From Phoronis australis (taxonomy: Eukaryota; Animalia; Phoronida): a DNA stretch of 64,000 nt. The notes beneath the pieces are model-generated. The model was not told the origin of the DNA, did no database searches, and saw only the letters and a program-made list of their open reading frames with translations. Positions within the stretch are counted from its first letter, which is position 1. Each line of letters begins with the position of its first letter. The stretch covers positions 144,685-208,684 of the forward strand of contig NMRA01000339.1 of the NCBI GenBank assembly GCA_002633005.1, given 5' to 3'. This document shows positions 63,268 through 64,000 of this stretch, piece by piece. The position numbers were made by a program, and so were the translations under genes.

Positions 63268-64000
63268 AGAAGTGACACAGTGTGTCTATTTTTGTGAAGA
63301 CAGTTCTTCCAAGGGGGCGTTAGGGCCATCATGTTCCTTAATGTTTTCCTTGGAGCTGCCCGAGTGAGTTTCGTGTTGAAATTCCGTTATTTGTAGCGGA
63401 AAATTAACTATACTGTTATTTCTAGGTATCGGTATTTTGTTTTCACACACTAACGGTATCCATCTTGTACCTGGTAGCCACCAGAACGCGCCTGCCTGGT
63501 ATGGCCAATGTCGAAAGTCTGTAACTTGGAATATGGGATGTTTATTTTCTTCATACCTCCTAATGTAAAAATTACGTTAATTTTTTATCGGTGGTGTGAG
63601 TGGTGATATGGGGTGGGATTCTACAGGCAATTGCGAGTTTGGAACAAACTTGAAACTTTAAGTGTCGATATCATTTCTAAAACTATATTTTTGTGACATT
63701 ACTTTGTTAGAAAAGGATGTGCAGACTCAGTCCCCGGATGAAAGGACCTGGAATTCCGGTTATGGCACCTGGTCACAAGAAGCTGTACTTATAACCCCCT
63801 GAATTAGCTGCATCGACGGGAAAATGGTATTTTGTCTGTAATATAAAAAGTTCTTGAATGTGGTATTCAGTCTTGTCTTCAAAATTTTTGTTGTTGGGTT
63901 CTGTGTAAATGGTGCGAGAAACACATTGTTTTAACGTTCGAAAATGTAGGGGCGGGATCTATAATGAACACACCTAAGTTGAGTATCTTACATACATATA

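Noticed and set aside
63077-63367. 96-aa ORF from the track as an independent gene
   Set aside because: Alternative frame overlapping the real last PLEKHB exon (63140-63267).

Overview
AT-rich, intron-containing metazoan (invertebrate-type) genomic DNA with one 678-nt assembly gap (21408-22085). Two host genes could be spliced together by hand with GT-AG introns and consistent phases. ZNHIT1/Vps71 lies on the minus strand (5 coding exons, 29416-38107, 155 aa). A divergently oriented PLEKHB/evectin-like PH-domain gene lies on the plus strand (5 coding exons, 44640-63267, 210 aa, ~16 kb last intron). Positions 1-28.5 kb are a stack of decayed transposons: a Penelope-like 3' end with a hammerhead-ribozyme core, a Gypsy-like gag with a -1 frameshift signal, BEL/Pao pol, EnSpm-, Academ- and piggyBac-like pieces, a tandem array of intron-containing Ginger/GIN integrase copies (one hit by a solo LTR), and Kolobok-type transposase fragments. 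Host introns hold a near-complete 3.05 kb Kolobok-type element, a 4.9 kb TIR-bounded element, a 740 bp THAP-type foldback and several MITEs. There is no CRISPR array and no prokaryotic operon. All family assignments come from motif recognition by eye, not database searches. I cannot point to a demonstrably new system; the best leads are listed as findings.
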